From an uncultured Solirubrobacteraceae bacterium (GTDB lineage: Bacteria; Actinomycetota; Thermoleophilia; Solirubrobacterales; Solirubrobacteraceae), in NCBI GenBank assembly GCA_963827335.1, contig CAWHAP010000014.1, positions 88,554-152,553 of the forward strand: a DNA stretch of 64,000 bases, read 5' to 3'. A program made the translations under genes and the position numbers. Below, piece by piece: positions 61,542-64,000 of this stretch. Position 1 is the first letter of the stretch. The number at the start of each line of letters is the position of its first letter. The notes below the pieces were generated by a model. That model made no database searches. It was not told the DNA's origin and saw only the letters and a program-made list of their open reading frames with translations.

Positions 61542-62713
61542 CGTTCGCGGCCGCCACCGGTGTGGCCGACATCCTGGTCGCGCTGTTCGTCGTGCTGCTC
61601 GCGGCCAAGCTCGGCGACGAGCTGTTCAAGCGCATCGGGCAGCCGGCGCTGGTCGGCGAGATCCTCGCCGGCGTCATCATCGGCCCGTCCGTGCTCGCCC
61701 TTGTCGAGCCCGACGAGACGCTGGAGGTGTTCGCGGAGCTCGGTGTCGTGTTCCTGTTGTTCTGGGTGGGGCTGGAGACGCGGCTCTCGGACATGCGCGA
61801 CGTCGGCCCGGCCGCGGTGCGCGTGGGCGGCCTCGGGGTCGTGGTGCCGTTCGCGGCCGGCTACGGCGTGGGCGTGGTGCTGGGGGAGAGCGGGGAGACG
61901 AGCGTCTTTCTCGGCGCGGCGCTGGTGGCGACCAGCGTCGGCATCACCTCGGCGGTGCTGATCGAGCTGCAAGCCCTGGCGACGACCGCGGCGCGCACGA
62001 TCCTCGGCGCGGCCGTGATCGATGACATCCTGGCCATGGTCCTGCTCGCCGTCGCCGTCGGCGTGGCCGACCAGGGCGGTGTCGACGTGACCTCGATCGG
62101 TGTGGTGATCGTGCTCGCGCTGGGATTCGTCGTCTTCGTCGCGGTGGGCGGTACCAGGCTCGTGGCACGCTGGCCCGACGTCTTCCACGCTCCGAGGTTC
62201 TCCGAGTCGCCGCTGCTGCCGGCGGTCATCCTCTGCCTCGGTCTCGCCGCATTCGCGGCGCAGATCGGCCTGGCCGCGATCATCGGCGCCTTCCTTGCGG
62301 GCATGGTCGTGGCCGAGACCAAGGACCGCCACGACTTCGAGGAGGAGGTCGCGCCGCTCTATGCGTTCTTCCCGCCGTTCTTCTTCGTCTACATCGGCCT
62401 GGAAGTCGACCTCGGCGCGTTCACGGATGCGGGCACGCTCGGGCTCCTGGTGGCGATCACGGTGCTCGCCTTCGCGACGAAGTTCGGCGCCGCCTGGATC
62501 GCGGCGCGGTCGATGGGCGCGCGCGAGGCCGTGGTCGTCGGGTTGGGCATGGTCCCGCGCGGCGAGGTGGGGATCATCGTCGCCGGCATCGGGGCAACCG
62601 CGGGCGTGATCGAGCCCGACCTGTTCGCGGTGATCGTCGGCATGTCGATCGCCACCACGCTGCTGATCCCGCCGTTGCTGCGCCGTGCGTTGTCCCGCGC
62701 AGGCGCAGCATGA
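61538..62713 (+). CDS. cation:proton antiporter (CPA2 / Kef-NapA type)
   Basis: GQPALVGEILAGVIIGPSVL, LFWVGLE, and about 11 TM helices. The ATG overlaps the CBS gene stop (ATGA). Confidence 0.85.
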   Translation: MTFAAATGVADILVALFVVLLAAKLGDELFKRIGQPALVGEILAGVIIGPSVLALVEPDETLEVFAELGVVFLLFWVGLETRLSDMRDVGPAAVRVGGLGVVVPFAAGYGVGVVLGESGETSVFLGAALVATSVGITSAVLIELQALATTAARTILGAAVIDDILAMVLLAVAVGVADQGGVDVTSIGVVIVLALGFVVFVAVGGTRLVARWPDVFHAPRFSESPLLPAVILCLGLAAFAAQIGLAAIIGAFLAGMVVAETKDRHDFEEEVAPLYAFFPPFFFVYIGLEVDLGAFTDAGTLGLLVAITVLAFATKFGAAWIAARSMGAREAVVVGLGMVPRGEVGIIVAGIGATAGVIEPDLFAVIVGMSIATTLLIPPLLRRALSRAGAA

Positions 62714-62718
62714 GCAGA

Positions 62719-62747
62719 CGCCGCCCGCCGTCGCGCGGCGGGCGGCG
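62719..62747. terminator. GC-rich hairpin between convergent genes
   Basis: CGCCGCCCGCCG - TCGCG - CGGCGGGCGGCG, a perfect 12-bp stem, 6 nt after the antiporter stop. Confidence 0.5.
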
Positions 62748-62755
62748 GGGTCGCG

Positions 62756-62929
62756 TCAGAGCACCGCGACGAAGACGAAGATCGCGACCAGGAGCAGGAT
62801 GGACGCGAGCAACGCAGTGCCCGAGTAGCGGGTTCGATGCTCGATCCGGGCGCGGTCGGTCTGCGGCTCGTTCGCCTTCCAGTCAGGGCGCTCGAAGGCG
62901 GGCCGGTCCTGGGGGGTGTGCGGAGGCAT
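62756..62929 (-). CDS. 57-aa tail-anchored small membrane protein
   Basis: ATG 62929 is preceded by AAGGGAG. MPPHTPQDRPAFERPDWKANEPQTDRARIEHRTRYSGTALLASILLLVAIFVFVAVL. The rest of ORF 62756..63910 is antisense shadow of the kinase gene. Confidence 0.6.
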   Translation of the reverse strand: MPPHTPQDRPAFERPDWKANEPQTDRARIEHRTRYSGTALLASILLLVAIFVFVAVL

Positions 62930-63076
62930 GACGCTCCCTTCGGTAGGGGTAGGGTCAGCGTCCCGCGCCGGCTCGCGCTCCGGTATGGGGAGCACCGCCC
63001 ATCCGGCAGGTTGGGGTACGGCGAGGCCGCGGATGGGGAGCGCCGCCCATGGCCTGCGTGCGCTGCACGCGCGATC

Positions 63077-64000
63077 ATGGATCCCGTGACGCTGTTCGGC
63101 CGGGTGGTCGCGATCAACGCCGCGGTGCTGGTGACGGCGGCGGTCCTGCTCGCCGTCTCGCCTGCGACGGTCAGCCCGACGTTGCAGCTCGCCGAAGCGG
63201 TCGTCCTGGCCGTCGGCACCGTGTTGATGATCTCGGTGAACCTGCTGCTGATGCGGCGCGTGTTCGGGCCGCTCGAGCAGCTCACGAGGCTGATGCGCAG
63301 GGTCGACCCACAAGCCCCTGGCCGGCGGCTGGCGCTCGCGCGTGCCGACTCGGAGGTCGCCGAGCTCCGCGACGCGTTCAACGCGATGCTGGACCGGCTC
63401 GAACAGGAGCGCCGGCACAGCGGCCGGCGCGCGCTCGCGGCTCAGGAGAGCGAACGGCGCCGGCTTGCACGGGAGCTGCACGACGAGATCGGTCAGACGC
63501 TGACCGGCGTCGTGCTCCAGCTCGAGGCGCTGCAGCGCGGGGCGCCGGCCGAGCTGCAGCAGCCGATCTCCGAGGCGCAGGAGACCGCTCGGGGCGGCGT
63601 CGAGGACATGCGCGAGATCGCGCGTGGCCTGCGGCCTCCTGCGCTGGACGAGTTCGGGCTGCGCAGCGCGCTCGTCTCGCTGGCCGCGCAGGTGTCCGAT
63701 CACAGCGGCGTCCGGGTGCGCCCGCGGCTGGCCGAACGGCTCCCGGCCCTCGCACCGGAGCAGGACCTCGCGATCTACCGCGTGGCGCAGGAGAGCCTCA
63801 CCAACGTCGCCCGCCACGCCGCGGCCCGCAACGTCGACCTCTCCCTGACGGCGACGGGCGGCAACGTGCGGCTGCGCGTGCTCGACGACGGCTGCGGCAT
63901 CGCGCCCCATGAGGCGAACGGTGTCAGCACCGGTCTCGCCGGCATGCGCGAGCGGGCGCTGCTGATCGGCGCGCGGTTGACCGTCGGCGCGCGCGCGGAC
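63077..64000 (+). CDS. membrane sensor histidine kinase (paralogue of 57891..58823), 3' end outside the window
   Basis: I translated it by hand; it is not in the track because no stop is reached. MDPVTLFGRVVAINAAVLVTAAVLL..., H-box ERRRLARELHDEIGQTLT, QESLTNVARHAAA, DDGCGI, GLAGMRERALLIG. Confidence 0.85.
   Translation, partial: MDPVTLFGRVVAINAAVLVTAAVLLAVSPATVSPTLQLAEAVVLAVGTVLMISVNLLLMRRVFGPLEQLTRLMRRVDPQAPGRRLALARADSEVAELRDAFNAMLDRLEQERRHSGRRALAAQESERRRLARELHDEIGQTLTGVVLQLEALQRGAPAELQQPISEAQETARGGVEDMREIARGLRPPALDEFGLRSALVSLAAQVSDHSGVRVRPRLAERLPALAPEQDLAIYRVAQESLTNVARHAAARNVDLSLTATGGNVRLRVLDDGCGIAPHEANGVSTGLAGMRERALLIGARLTVGARAD

Overview
High-GC (~70%+) chromosomal window. The gene content looks like an F420-producing actinobacterium; I infer this from fbiC, a cofD-cofC-cofE cluster, a ~1570-aa NAD-glutamate dehydrogenase and an ECF41-type sigma factor. 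I did not run any search. I call about 60 protein-coding genes and 5 tRNAs (Leu-CAA, Leu-TAG, Trp-CCA, Gly-TCC, Pro-GGG). I also call four copies of a 200-300 bp nested-palindrome intergenic repeat, a few hairpins and promoter-like sites, and two small decayed mobile-element fragments next to the tRNA-Gly/Pro pair. Most very long ORFs in the six-frame track are Arg/Ala/Pro/Gly-rich shadow frames of real genes and were discarded. Genes are tightly packed, with many 1-, 4- or 11-nt start/stop overlaps and several convergent pairs with zero or negative spacing. The stand-out is a five-gene, translationally coupled operon at 47.1-52.2 kb. It begins with a signal-peptide-less subtilisin-like (S8) protease whose C-terminal tail carries about 14 tandem Cys-Pro-Ser/Thr octads. 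This is followed by an APH-like kinase, a HopA1-like protein, a canonical LanC-type cyclase and a stand-alone I9-propeptide-like protein. That is a split lanthionine-synthetase gene set with no small precursor gene. The only Cys/Ser/Thr-rich candidate substrate is the protease tail itself, so the tail may be thioether-stapled at protein scale (hypothesis). Secondary observations are: the repeat family; a single-domain CofE coupled to a crotonase gene; a frameshifted membrane protein; a HAD hydrolase gene that starts 1 nt after tRNA-Trp; and an orphan type IV pilin gene flanked by mobile-element debris downstream of tRNA-Pro.
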